From: Bilabrum cf. latius
Taxonomy: Eukaryota
Length of the DNA: 50,734 nucleotides
Reading direction: 5' to 3'
Assembly (NCBI GenBank): GCA_965178125.1
Contig: OZ237745.1
Span: forward strand, 1,302,001 to 1,352,734
Positions within the stretch are counted from its first letter, which is position 1. Every line of letters begins with the position of its first letter. Positions 14,047 to 26,892 of the stretch are shown in pieces. Under the pieces are notes generated by a model. The model searched no databases, was not told the DNA's origin, and saw only the letters and a program-made list of their open reading frames with translations. The position numbers and the translations under genes are program-made.

Positions 14047-15351
14047 ATGGGCGTTGCACAAAGTCTCGTAGCAGCTGTAGCATTCGGCAATCTCCACACC
14101 GCTTCGTGTTAGTTTACGGTTAACACATATACCCCAAACCAATTTGGAGCAGTTGGAGATGGTGATCACATCGATACTTATGCTGTCCGAAGCGCCGCAA
14201 AGGCGGCTGCGGAAGCAGCACCCGACTCTCGGCTTCTCTTCCCAGCCGGTTTTACATTTCTCACTGGGCCATTCAACATTTCAGCGTCTGGAGTGGTAGT
14301 AGAGATAGAGAAAGGCGCTTCCATTGTGGCGTTGGCATCATCCGGCGACTGGCCGCAAGTGCCGCCTCTGCCATGGTATGGTGGTCCCAGCGACTACTAG
14401 GAGAGCGGGGCGCCAATGCGGCAGGGCTTTATCTACAGCGATGGAGCCAATGACATCGTTCTAACAGGTGAAGGCTCAATCCAGGGGAACGGCAGCCTGT
14501 GGCAGGACTGTTGGCATCATGACAAGCAGAGAGCCCCTTGTCTTGGCGTAGGCAGGCCCCACCTCGTCCAGCTCACGCGCGGCAAGAACGTTACAATCAG
14601 CGGGCTGACGATCGAGAACAGCCCGTGCTGGACAGTGCACCCCTCCATGATCCAGGGCCTACACATCTACAATTTGACGATTCGGAACCCCGCGAGCAGC
14701 TCCAACACGGATGGAATCGATGTCGACTGCGTGCAGGACGCGGTGATCGAGGACTCCTTCATATCCGTGGGGGACGACGCGCTGTGCGTGAAGTCGGGGA
14801 TCAACTGGCTTGGCAGGACGTATGGGCGCGAGTCGACCAACATAACCTTCCAACGGATCCAGATCGGAACCGGCCATGGGATCTCGGTCGGATCTGAGAC
14901 GAGCGCAGGCGTCAATGGAGTGGTCTTCCGTGACATCGCCATGTCTGGGACGGAGCGTGGGGGTCGCATCAAATCATAGAGAGGTCGCGGGGGTCATGTG
15001 CAGAACATTGTGTACGAAAACATCACCATGGATGGCGTTGGTGTTGCGTTCGAATACACTCTGAATTACCACCCCGGCCTCCCGCCGACGAATGTAACAG
15101 GGACACCGAAGCTTTCCAATGTGACCGCCAAGAGCATCCGGGCTACGGGTGCTGGATCCGCTTGGTCGATAGACGGGCTTCAAGAAAGCATCATCGAGGG
15201 CCTTGCATTTAATGGTGTCAGCGTCGGCTACACCGGCAAGGAGGGGTCCTGCGAGCTTGCCCGGGCATCTTGCGCACCGGTGCAGGGAGGTGGTGCTGGT
15301 GCTGGTGGCGGTATTACGGACAGCACCGCGACATGCCCAAAGTGCACATGA
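14047..15351 (+). CDS. Glycoside hydrolase family 28 (polygalacturonase-like), probably secreted, about 434 aa
   Basis: FGAVGDG, FLTGPFN, NTDGID, GDD, GHGISVGSE and RIKS*RGRGG motifs with a hydrophobic N-terminus. TAG at 14110, 14398 and 14977; ends in TGA. Confidence 0.92.
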
Positions 15352-15468
15352 GCGCCCCAGATACCTTTCTCGATTAAGCAGACGCCAATTCTCGTTGTTT
15401 GCTCAACACGCGGTCCAATCGCAGATCAGTCTATACCCCGAATCTCACTGCCATTCGAGGCCACCCTC

Positions 15469-17340
15469 TCACTTGACTCGAGCCGACAGCCGAGTCAAGA
15501 ACGCAACTCCGAGAGCAATGTACACTGCTGCCGCTGCAAAAAGCAGGGCAAAACCATTCCCGGGACCCAGGCTGCGGTTGCCCCAGTCGAGCAGGACACC
15601 TGCCACTGGGGCGGCAACGCACAGCGGCGCGGCCAGGGCCAGGTTCCACAGACCCAAGTCCCTGGCAGAGTCCGACTCTGCCGCAGGCAGGACATCCAGA
15701 GCTAATGCGAGGTCCAGGGCCGAGAAGGCGCCATACCCTAGTCCGAACAGTCCAGCGAGCGGCAGCAGCAGCCCCCACGAGCGACAGAACACGAGGCCGA
15801 CGGCTACGCAAACCATGAGGCCCCCGGCAAGGTAGAGCATGGGCCGCCGCTGCCCCCCTGTGTAATCCGAAAGAGAGCCCACCAGTAGCGGCGCCACGAG
15901 TGCAGCCAGCAGCAGCGGGACCATGGCCGCCGAGAGCGCCTGCGAAGGGGGCAATCCCGCGGGCAGGCGCACCGCGTACTGCAGGTACAGCAAGAGGTAC
16001 TCCTGCACCGTGAAGATGCCCATCTGAATAGACACCCGCGACCAAAACGCCCAAAAAAAGTCATTGTCCGCAAAAGCGCTGAAGAACCCTGTGTGCGCAC
16101 CAGCCCGTTGCTGCACGGGGGAAGCCTGCTTGGTGGCGGTGTTGCTCTTGGCCTCGAGACCCTCCCCAGACGCAGGCGGCGACTGCCCAACACCATGCCT
16201 GCCTATTCTCATCCTCGCCTACTCTGCACCAGTTTCGGATTCTTCAACTGGCAGCCCCTCCCGTCCTCGATCCACGCTACCCAGCCCAGCCGGCCGGCCG
16301 CCCACACCTGCGAGGGCCCCTGCCCCTGTGCGCCCGTCGTGAGCCTTGTTCGTGCCTGCAGGCGACTTTTCACGATGCTGAAGCTCCCCTGCTTCCATTT
16401 TATCCGCTGTTTCCCCCTGCATTGCCAAGAGAAAGCCCTCCTGGTCATCCTAGCCAGCCCCAATTGCCTCGTGAGCATGCTGCGGTCCGCTTTCTGGTGA
16501 ACCTCCTAGCTGTTTATCACGGCCAGCATGTGCAACCAAGAGGCTGGTTCCATCAGATTCCAATGCCTCTTCCGACTCATTGCCATGCCGCCGATGACCA
16601 GCCTCTTTGCTCCCTGCCCCTGCTATCCGCCCCTCCCACTGCCACTTTGCCGCAGCCTTGCTCGACGTCCTGTGGGCTCGCAGGGCCCACACAGCCCACG
16701 CCGTGAGCAGGGCAGACAGCACAACGGTGGACATGCACAACGCATACAGTCCCATTCTTCCGGTGTACGGCCGCAGCGCTCCTAGAAATGCACCGAACAG
16801 GTTCCCAAGCGCGAGGCACGCCCCAACGATTCCAGACATCACCCCGCGCTCCGATGGCAGCACAACATCCGACAGCAGGCCCGTGAACGGACTAGCGCCA
16901 ACACTAATGCTAAGCTATAGAGCAGCAAAACTCACTGTATACCCCCAGTATGACTGTGTGCTAAAGAACAGCGCGGTAGCAGCGAAACATGCTGCCGCAA
17001 CACCACCGAGTAGCCACGGGACGCGCCGTCCTAGACCGCAAGCGAGGCGGTGCCTTGTGTCGCAGCTGTCACTCATCGCCCCGACTACTGGGGCAGCGAT
17101 GGTCGCAAACAAAGCTCCGCAAAGCAGCGTGATTCCAAGTGCTGCGCCCTTTGCCTGAGCTCGCACGGCCTGCTGATCTACGGTTGCAACACTTAAGTCC
17201 TATCCTTCAACTATGGCTTCCACCTCTTGTGGTACAACTAATAGCACGAATACATACAACCAGACAGCCGAGCCAAACCAGAATGAGCTCAAAGCGATCA
17301 TCTAGAAAGTTGTCAGAGGAGTTCTGTGAAGGATATCCAT
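15469..17340 (-). CDS. MFS transporter (sugar/GPH-like)
   Basis: Multiple hydrophobic helices with PVVGAMSD...GRRVPW, PFTGLLSD, GSLSDYTGGQRRPM and ARDLGLWN motifs. Pieces are joined in one frame through TAGs at 16915, 16450 and 16219; ends in TGA. Confidence 0.85.
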
Positions 17341-17620
17341 GGCTCTGCGGGGTTCAGCAACTCCCGGTGTGGCAACAAGTAGCTAAGCAAGTACTTCTTG
17401 AATTATACAACCATACTCTTGTAGCCCCAAACAACGACTAGGAGCGCCACAATTCTACAGAGCTTCCCCGCTGGCTCTGCCAGTGGAACCTCGAAGGAAC
17501 CTTCACGTCGACGGCTAAACAAGCATTTGCACCAAAATGCAGGATGACTGGCAGCTGAATTTAGATTATTTGCTTGGAACCCGGATTCCTGAGACGATTT
17601 CGAGTTAGAAGCGAACTAGA

Positions 17621-18589
17621 ATGCCTGGTAGTGCAGGCAATCGCTTGCTAGCCGGACATCTGAAAGGTGCCAAGTCTCATAACTCCCGCCATAGTGACCG
17701 TCTGGCTCAGTCTCACAGGCGAGCGGTTGTGAAAAGCACAAGTATCTGCACGGAATCGACTCTAGATGAAAAGGCTGAGGCGCAGAATGGGCGTAACCGA
17801 CTGTTTGGTGCTGCTATATCCTCCGTGTCAAGCAAACGTGCCCGGTCCCGCAATAGATTCCGTCATTCGGGCCCCAGTCCCCGGCTTAAACTATCACACG
17901 CGGTATCATGTAAGAGCGAAACTGCCCCTGATGCTGCAGGGCGTGACCCAGTCGCTGTGAGTGGGTCATCGGAATCCAGCCACAAGATATTGCCAGCCGG
18001 TTTTGTTTCGACTTACCAACAACGCGACGAAGGCTCTGCATCGATAGCGAGGTCGCGTGCAACCGACGAGTCGCCCTCGTTGTAGGCAGTCGCAATACGG
18101 CGCGTTGGAGGTTTCCTGCATCACTCGGGCCCTCGAGAGGAGATGTCCGAAGCCAGTGAAGTATCGAGAGCGGTACAAGCTCTCGTGAAGTCCTCGAGGG
18201 AGGTTACAGCCTTGATGCCATGCAGTGCCGGGGCTAGTACTTCCAGTACCCTTGGAGGGGGGCAGCTCGCGCGGGCCGGGCAAGCGGCGCAGGTGTTTAT
18301 CGCAAGCACCGGAGAACTTGCGGGTAGCAGTAAAGTTGGCAGGAAATGCAGCACATCTGTACCTCTACCGGCAACAGGAAGGCGCAAGCGAGGTCGAGGA
18401 CACCACAGCCAGCCTAGTGGGCAAGCCCCGGGCTAGGACAGGTCGGCCGGTGGAGGAGAGCTGACGGGGCCCGGTGCCAGTGGAGAGCAGGGTACTCCAA
18501 CACAGGACCCAATATTAGATCGAGGGCAACGCAAGCAAGCAAAGCACCGCAAGCGCAGCAAAGGGAGGAAAAGGCGCCGAGTGGAGTGA
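17621..18589 (+). CDS. Hypothetical low-complexity basic protein (about 322 aa)
   Basis: ORFs 17621-18085 and 18143-18436 are in frame via TAG and continue to TGA at 18587. Basic NLS-like tail KHRKRSKGRKRRRVE. Confidence 0.5.
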
Positions 18590-18862
18590 AGGGCATCGGC
18601 CCCCGGTTGGAGCACCAAGCGGTGTGGTGTGGTGTGGTGGAGGGAATGGACCCCAACCGCAGTCCAAGGAATCGCGCTAATAGCAATCAAATTCTTTCCC
18701 TTCCCAGAGTCATACTGGGCAGCAATACCTCAAGCGTTCCTTGCCTGAGTATTTCCATCTACGTGGGGCTATCACAACTTGGCACGCTTTCCTTTTTGGC
18801 TGCTACTCCATTCCCCGCGCCATGAAAAAGGAGCGTCCACCGACTGCCCGAGTGACTCACAT

Positions 18863-20494
18863 TCAGAACCCCCTGAGCGCCTTCTCGAACGCCTCGCGCT
18901 CCTCCCGGATCTTTTGCCGCCTGCGGTTGTCCGCCGCCCGCCTCTTCCTGTCGTTGCGCTTGATGATTTCCCACCGTCGGGCCCCGTGCTTGGCCTGGCC
19001 TTCGTTGTCCTCGGTCTTCCACATGACTTCAAACTCGTAGGGGGCCGCCCGCGAGTCGATCTCCTCGCGCCGCTTCCGCAGCTGCATGTGAAGGAACCCG
19101 CGGCGCACGTCAGGCCTGTACTTCTCGCAGGAAAAAGCTCCCATGGCCGCCTGACCCGCCGTGAACCGACTCATCGCTTCCTGCAGCTTTTCTTCCCTTT
19201 GCTTGATCGTGGCCTCGCCAGTCTCCTTGCCCTCCCGCATCCTCTCAAGAGCCCTCTCAAGGCCCTCGCGGCTAACGCCCAAGCCCCTCTCCTTGTCCTC
19301 CACCGACTTCTCGAAGGTCGCCACCTTGCGGGGCAGTGACTTGATTGCCAGGCGGAGCGCGTTGGCGGCCTTCTCAGCGGCGGTCGCCTCCTTCTTGGCG
19401 GCAGAGGCGGCCTTAGTAGCCTCACCGGTCTGCGCAGTGATGGCCTTCATCTCCTCCTTTACGGCCTCAAGCGCCGCCTGCGCCTCTTGCAGGCCCTAGG
19501 CGGCGGCCTCGGCCTCGGCCTCGGCCTCCGTCTGCGCTGCCTGCAGGCCCTCCAGGCCCGGGTCGGCCTTGCGGGCCGCAGCGGCGGCCGCCTGGGTCGC
19601 CTTCCGTGCCGCCTGCTTGGCCTTGGAGTCTGTCTGCCTGGCGGCCGACACGGCTTTGTTGGCTTCTGACTGCTTGGCAGTGCATGCCTTGCGCGCCTCT
19701 GCCAGCTCCGCCTTGTGGGCTTCTGCCTGCTGCTGAGCCGCCTTCGTGCGTGCTGCCTCCTCCTCGGACAGAACGAGGTCATCCTCCGCCAGGCCCAGCT
19801 CCTTTTTGGCCTCCTCCACCTTGTTCATGGCGGCTTCGACGGCCGTCTGGGCCTTCTGATACTGCCCCGCGGCGCGGTCCACGCTCGCCTGCAGCTTGGG
19901 GTACCCTTTCCGCGGGTCCATGAAGATTTGAGCCGAGTTGGGGTCCATGTACTTAGCAGGTTCGTACTCGTTGTCCCAGAACCTCTTGACGGCTTCTTCC
20001 AGGGTGTGCCCGCCGATGGAAAGACCTCCGACAGCCTCTATGACGGATTTGCGGTAGTCCTCGACAAAGAAGCTGCTGAGGCCCTTGGCCTCCCAGGTCG
20101 CGGGCTCGTCGTCAGGAATGGATGCCATGTATTTATCGGCGGCTTCTTCGCAGTATGCGGTGCCCAGGGCGATGAGTTCACGGGCTGTCGCTTCCTTCCC
20201 TTTCGGGTGCGCATCGTCAATGCTGACGAGAGCTTCCTGTGCGCTCTCACTCCGCCCAATGTTTTCCTCGATTTCATCGCCAGGAGCAACCGAATTGAAA
20301 TCGTTGAATACAGCCTCGGATTCCTCCTTGGTAGGGATTTCGGGGAGGTCAGTCCACATGGGACTGAAGTCATCAGTCGGATCCACCTGAGGCACAATCT
20401 CCAGCTCGAGGGGCTCACCGTCGGAACCAATGACCGTCCGCGTGCCCAGGCTACCAGAACTTCCACCACTACCAGCGCCGCCTGCTGCTGCCAT
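18863..20494 (-). CDS. Hypothetical protein with long Ala/Glu/Lys coiled coil (about 543 aa)
   Basis: ORFs 19496-20494 and 18863-19450 are in frame via one TAG, with strongly coding-like composition; ends in TGA. Confidence 0.7.
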
Positions 20495-20747
20495 TCTATA
20501 TCACTCTGGGAAGTGACAAATGCCCTGGAGTCGAGATTGCGGGGTAGCTGCCTCGTGCGCGGCACCGGCACCGCGGCTGGTTCCGCAACTTGAAGTCACC
20601 ACCAACGTCAAAACACTGGTAGTTCTGCTTCTGACATGAGCCGTAGAATGCTAAGCAAAAGCGAAGGTAGGGAAGTAGCTTCCTCGAGAGTGCATAATGA
20701 GATAGAATTGATTTAGCACCAAGCGGTGTGGTGTGGTGCCGCAGGCT

Positions 20748-21935
20748 TCAAGTTGCAGCACCTCCTCCACTACCAGACCGCTCGGAAGCTACAGCAGCGG
20801 CAGTCTCAGCAAGCCGCGAGAGGGCAGCCACCTGCTCCGCATCCCCCGACTCGAGAGCTCCCGGCAGGTCCCTGGCCTTGTGCCCGTCCTTGTCCTGGGC
20901 CTCCCAGTCCGCCCCTGCCCGGAGCATGGCATCGGCTGTAACAAACTTGCCAGCAGCTACGGCGTACATGAGCGGTGTCTGGCCGTCCCCACTCTCCCGC
21001 GCATTCGGATCAGCCCCTGCCGCGAGGAGCGCCCGCACCACGCCCAGCCCCGGCTGGCCCTCCAGCTCGGCTGCGATGTGCAGGGGGGTTTCGCCGTACC
21101 GATTGCTTGTATGTGCTAGCTCTGGGACGCGCTGCAGCACCTCTTGCACGGCCTTGGCGTCCGTGGGCTCCTCCATGGCCCTGGCGAGCTGCTCTGATGC
21201 TTGCTGCAGGTCAACGGCCGGCCCTCCCGCCCTCCCGGTGCCCGAGCCATCTTCCTCCTTCGGGCTGCCGGAGTCTGTATCCCGCTAGACGTCTGGCTTG
21301 TCCCAACGGAACGCGAGATCCTCCTGGTTTTCCTCCCGCAGTTCACCCATCATTGGCATCGGCCGCATGCCTTGGTCCACCGGCTGCGCCTTGGCCGCAC
21401 CCCCGCCTCCATCGGAGGAAGCTGTCATGTGCGACTCGAAATCTGGCAGCAGCTCTGCCACTAATAGACAATACTGGCGCTTGGCATCCTCCTAGCTTGT
21501 GTTTCCAAGAGCATTCCAAGCCCGCCACTTAAAACCAGCTGCTGCATCAACTAGGCTCGGAGCTGGCGAGTGGCAAGTTCCCATCGTAGCTTGCTTGAAC
21601 AATCCATAAAGTTTAGACTTTTGATCGAGGGTAAAACTGCCGTGTGCACGGACTGCATCGGCAGCCCGGTGAAACTTTCTGTCGAGGCTTTTGGATTCCC
21701 CGTCTGCCTGGGCCGCTGCACGGAGCTGACGCCGAGCATCGCCTTCGTCCCCGGATGCAAAATGCTCTACAACTCCAGCATCATTAGCTGTCAAGTTGCT
21801 TTGGTCAGACCAGCCCCACCATGCTGAAGCAAGGCCAATGCCAGCCCCGACTGCGAGAACACCAATAAACACGGAAGCGTCCTGGAAGGACGGGAGACCC
21901 ATCCCGCCCGAGGAGGCACCTTGTCTACCAGACAT
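20748..21935 (-). CDS. Acyl-CoA-binding protein with N-terminal membrane anchor and C-terminal ankyrin repeats (ACBD6/plant class II ACBP-like)
   Basis: ACBP motifs LYGLFKQATMG and KWRAWNALGNTS*EDAKRQY; ankyrin motifs GETPLHIAA and GQTPLMYAV. TAG at 21492 and 21285; ends in TGA. Confidence 0.88.
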
Positions 21936-22208
21936 ACTCTCTCCGGGAGCAAAGTTGAGATCAAATCAATGCTCGTGATGGGCGAGGCATGTGCACCCTG
22001 CTGGAAGTGTGGTGACGAGTGTGTTTAAACTGTGGCACCGTGACTGCGCACTGTGCTGAGCGGCATGCTGCATGCCCGGTGGCTCATCACAGCTCAACGT
22101 CAAAGATGACTAAGTTTAAGGGCAAGTGGCTATGAAAAAAGGCCCTCGAAGGCTTCGCTATGCTCTACGCCTGGCAGCACGCATCCACCCTCCCCGAACC
22201 CCTTGAGC

Positions 22209-25200
22209 TCACCGGCCGGACTAAGGTCCTTGGATCCGCTTCAGCTCTTCACCTACCGCGACCGCGTGGGACTCCAGAGACCGCCTTGACTCCTCCATCT
22301 TCCGTCTTGAATCCTTCGTCAGCTGGTGTAGCTCCTGTCTCAGCCGTTTGGCATCAACGGAGGCGCTTGCTCGGCTTGAGGCGGACCTACTTGCATCGCG
22401 TGAGAGCGTTCCACTGCTTTGGAAAGATGACACGGCACTCGGAGTCGCTGCTACGCTCCCACCACCCGTAATCTCACTTGACTTGAAGTCTGAACGCACC
22501 ATATCGAGTCCAGCAAAGCGAGCACTCGGTGTAGTGGACTCTCGCGCCCCCCTAGCAACACCACTGAAGGCGCTGCCATCTGCCGGCGTGCCTGAAGTAG
22601 CCGGTTGCAGTGCATTGATCGGCGAGGTTCTTCTTGCTTCTCCCAACTCAATGCCAACGCAAGCACTGGAAAGCTGGCGGGTAGACGCAGCCATGCCGTG
22701 TTGTCCCGCACTCGAAGCATCGTGAGATGCTACCCCAAAAACTGATGGCTGGCTCACCTCTAGCACTGGGTCGTCCTCGCCGGAGCTCATCGACAAAAAC
22801 TGCAACCGATCCCCCGAATCAAACATGCTGCTGTCGAAATTATCGCGGGACCCCTCTCCAACTGCCTCCAGCGGCTGTTCGCCATGCACGTTATCTGCCC
22901 TCGCCGGGCTCGCACTTGCAGCCTAGCTGGGATCACCTCTTCCACCGGTAAAATGTTCACGGCCGTCTTGCTACGCCCTACCCTTTGCTGGAACACCAAG
23001 GTCTCGGTCCCATTGCTGGCCACCTCCGGGGCGACGCGGCGTGCCAGAGCTACGGTTTGTCAAATCAGAAAGATCCGCGCCCACTCCTGCTGCCTGCATC
23101 AACGAAATCGCTGGTTTCTTTGGCTCGGGTGCTGTTGGTGAAGGGTCGCCATCGATGTCTTCTAGGATACTAGAGAGTGGCAGATGCCTCGCGCTGCCGC
23201 CCCGGAGCACGGGACGGAACATGCGGTGATCGGCAGGCAGAACTGCAGATCCCCGAACATCCGTTCGACCGCTAGCATTTCGCTAGCTTTTTTCCGAGCG
23301 GTCGGCCGCAAGTCTTGAGTGTTCGTCAGGACGCCGTAAGTCCTGCTGAAGACCTCGTCTGGGCACTGCCACGCTAGCTGCGCGGCGGAGCTGCCTCGCC
23401 CTTGACTTTGAAGCGGACAATGATGCAGAAGCCTGGTCGCGCTGCCTGCTTCGTGAAACCCTCAGTCCAACCTGCCATGACTACGCCACTTCTGCGACAG
23501 CCGATGGTTGAGCTGCCTCGCTTGCTTGTCTGGGCTACGATAGCTTGTCGAGCCGAGCGCTAGCTGGCTTCGGCAGCCATGATCGTGACTTTGCCATTCG
23601 ACCACGGCCCTGCCCATGGCGATTGGATAAGGCGCGCCTTGCCGACGCCCTACTTGCGCCAGCCTACCCACTCCTCTGTGGGCTTCTTCGCACTGAGCTA
23701 TCCCGAAGTCCTGCTTCGCCAGCGCTGCTAGGATTTCCACTTGCGCTTCCCCGTCTCGTGTTTGGACTTGAATCAGCCCCGTGCGGTGTACCACTAACTT
23801 CCAAGCCCGTACTCGCGATTTGCGCACTCATACTACTTCGCTGTCGGTTGGTAGAGCTGGCTGAGAACCTGGGAATGCGTGACAGGGCGGGAGACGCTTC
23901 CGTAGAAGTCTATTGCGAAAAAATTCCTGAACTTGACGCACCGGCATCCCGTGACTAAACACCGGGCTCGACCGCTGCGCCTCGAATCTTCTACCTGCCC
24001 GGCCCCCCTTCGCCATGCCCACTTGCACTTTTGCCAATGGACACTTCATGCGCGTACCTTACAACCTCTGCAGCCATAATGTCACCAGATCCTAGGGCAA
24101 CCGCGTACTAGCTTCCACTGTCGAGGACTGTGGCACTCTCCTGCTGCTCCTGTGTGATAGCCTCTTCCAGAGCATCTCCATGAGGTGACTGCACATCAGG
24201 TCTTGGTAGCACACGAAACGGTCGCAGCGCAGACACGCTGGTCTTATTCAAGTGACTAAGCTCAACGAAGTCCCCTGGCAGCAGGCGTGAGCACAACGCA
24301 GCAGAATGGATCGAAGTTCCCGCGGATTCGCTACCCCCAGATTGGGACAGTCGAAGGCTGGCCCTCGTGCATGCTCGACGAGCACACAAGACTCGTTCAA
24401 TTCCCTGTTCTATTGGCAGCCGGATAGGTACTAGCGGAACCCCATGCACCGAAATGCTCGACCCACCCTGGATTGCAGCGAGAAGTGCCATGGCTTGCAC
24501 TTGGGACATGAAAGGCAGCTGCTCCCTCAGGCTGGCGATAAACACGCCTGGAGCTGCTGTGCTGTCACCATTGACTTCAGCAAAGGCCTTCTGAAGTGCT
24601 GCTTGGACAGGAGCAGACACATCTATACGACTCGTACTCGGCAACGCGGCCCCAACTTGGCTTTCGGGTACCACGCTGCTTGAGTCTCTCCGTAAAACCA
24701 CAGCATCCCATTCGTGCGAAGACATTTCTATTGGAATTTCTTCTTCTTTGGGCACTTGTTGCTTAATGCTGAGTGCAACATACGCAGACAAGTTCTCCCT
24801 ATTAACTCTACAGCTGCGATCGTGCAGGGAGTCGAGGCGAACGTCAGTACTTGCTGCGCCTGAAGCTGCAACGCTGGTCTCATGAAGCGGTCGTGCAACG
24901 ACGCACCCCCACGACCGAGCCGCTTCGCTCAGCATGTCCACGCGAATCCTTCCAATCACTCCAATAGGCGAATGAATCCATGCAAAATCCGTACTGGGTA
25001 AATCCGCGGCAGGCGATGTGGCATCGAGCTCAACCATGACAGGAACGAATCGAATCGATCTCCCGTTCAGACTCGAATGCGATACCATGGCTTCAACTGC
25101 ACTCTTGCTGGAGCTCCAGTTGAGAGAGGAGGCTTGCTTTGCTCCTTCAGCAGCTATTGCTTGGCTACTTGCACTGGTGGCCTCGGGCTCGCGTCCAGCA

Positions 25201-26729
25201 CCGCCTTTCAAAGTAGATTGGTGTACCGTTCCGTCCATAGGTGCTGTCGCCGTGGCTGAGACCATGGCTTCCCGGCTCTGCGCGACTGTCTCCACGTAAT
25301 TCAACGAGGGGGCATCTATCGGCACACTCAAGCTTCCAGATGCTAGCCCACCGGTGTCTGCGTGTGAAGCTGTGCCTTGAGATGCATGCCTGCTCGTATC
25401 CTCAGAGATGACCAAGCTCCCAGTAGCTTGAGCAGGCGTGTAATCTCTGGATTGCACTGACGATCCGCCAGAAGATGGTGCGCCCAGCCCCGTCCAAGGC
25501 ACCGGTCGGATCCCCCCTGGAGTGGCGATCACTACATCTGATTGCTGCAGTCCTGTCGCGCCAAGCATTGTGTTGATATGATGATACCAAACATCTCGAT
25601 TACAAATACCCGCTCCTTGTATAGTCCAACTTTGACTCGAACATTGTCTGTCGGGGCTTGCCGCAGACGAACAGAACTCGATGTCAATTCGCCAATCAAA
25701 AGCAGTTGATTTCGATCTATCGCCAGGACTACTGAGATGATTACCAGCCTGGCTTCCTACTGAGTCTTGATCTGGACGCACAATCGTGCATGATCGCACG
25801 TCAAGAAGTGAGGCTGAGACATGCTCCTCCCAGCCGTCTGGGACACTGCATCGACGTGGTCTCGAATGCGAAGAGGCACAGCTCGTACCATGGCCAGAAG
25901 CAGTGGGGCGGCACAACGCCAGTGCTTTTGCAGAAAGATCAATGACAAGGCAAAGCTAGTGGTCAACTTCCGTGCCTCCTATTGCCGGCAACGCCGATGA
26001 ATCGCTTGACGGCCCGTGCAATTCTCGCGCAGACGAGCCTGCAGCCGTGGACTTGCGCGGAGTGGGATCCTCCTGATTCCCCGAGGGCAAACCTGGCGTG
26101 CCTCCAAAGCAAGGGAAACACCCAATAATACATGATGTTGCAGGATCCCCTTGAGAATCGCTGGATGCCCTGCCAGAGCTAGGTGTGGGTCTACCCTCCA
26201 GAGAGCCACCAGTACCTACCTGCCGATCCTTCAACTTCAATATCACAGATGGTATATATTGTATCGTACCATGTACTATGCCGCAGAAACAGTAGTTCTC
26301 GCTGCCATAGAGAATCCTTGGTACGAAACTCTCGGTTTCAGAAGAGTCTTCCCACGGAATCGCCGGTGGGACTTGCTTCAAAGCGACCAACAACGCAAGG
26401 CGGACCAGCTTCCCGCGGGATCTGTCTATGACATCGCTGCGCTGCTCCATCGGCTGCATCTGCCGAACTGCACGGTCTAAAGTGGACCCCACAATGTTCA
26501 ACCCTTCAAGCATCTTTCGAATGGTGCCGACGTCCTTTGAAGTCGTTTCCATCGGAATGAGCACGCCATGCACATATGAATTCGGCAGGTTGTGAAGACC
26601 CAAGCATTCAAACGATCCAGCTATCACATGGACACGCCGGGTTTCGCATGCTTGTTCCAATTTAGATGGATTGTACTGGTCTTGCACGTCGTAAATGCAA
26701 ACCTTCCCAAACACGGGAACCGCAGTCAT
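22209..26729 (-). CDS. Large hypothetical Ser-rich protein (about 1500 aa), possible PH-like segment near 25560-25810; both ends uncertain
   Basis: ORFs 25956-26729, 24108-25916, 22971-23222 and 22221-22889 share one frame interrupted only by TAG. The first TGA, at 22209, overlaps a possible GTGAGC splice donor. Confidence 0.6.
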
Positions 26730-26892
26730 CTCCTCATTGAATTTAAGAACGGCCGTACAATGAGTTTTAAGACGTTTTGGGTAGTGTTAAACTTCCATCA
26801 AGGAAAGGTTCGCTGGAAGGTTGCGTACGTTCGTCCTGTGCTCCAACAAAAAAGGCCTTCAAAACCCATACTCATCAGCAAAATTGACGCAT

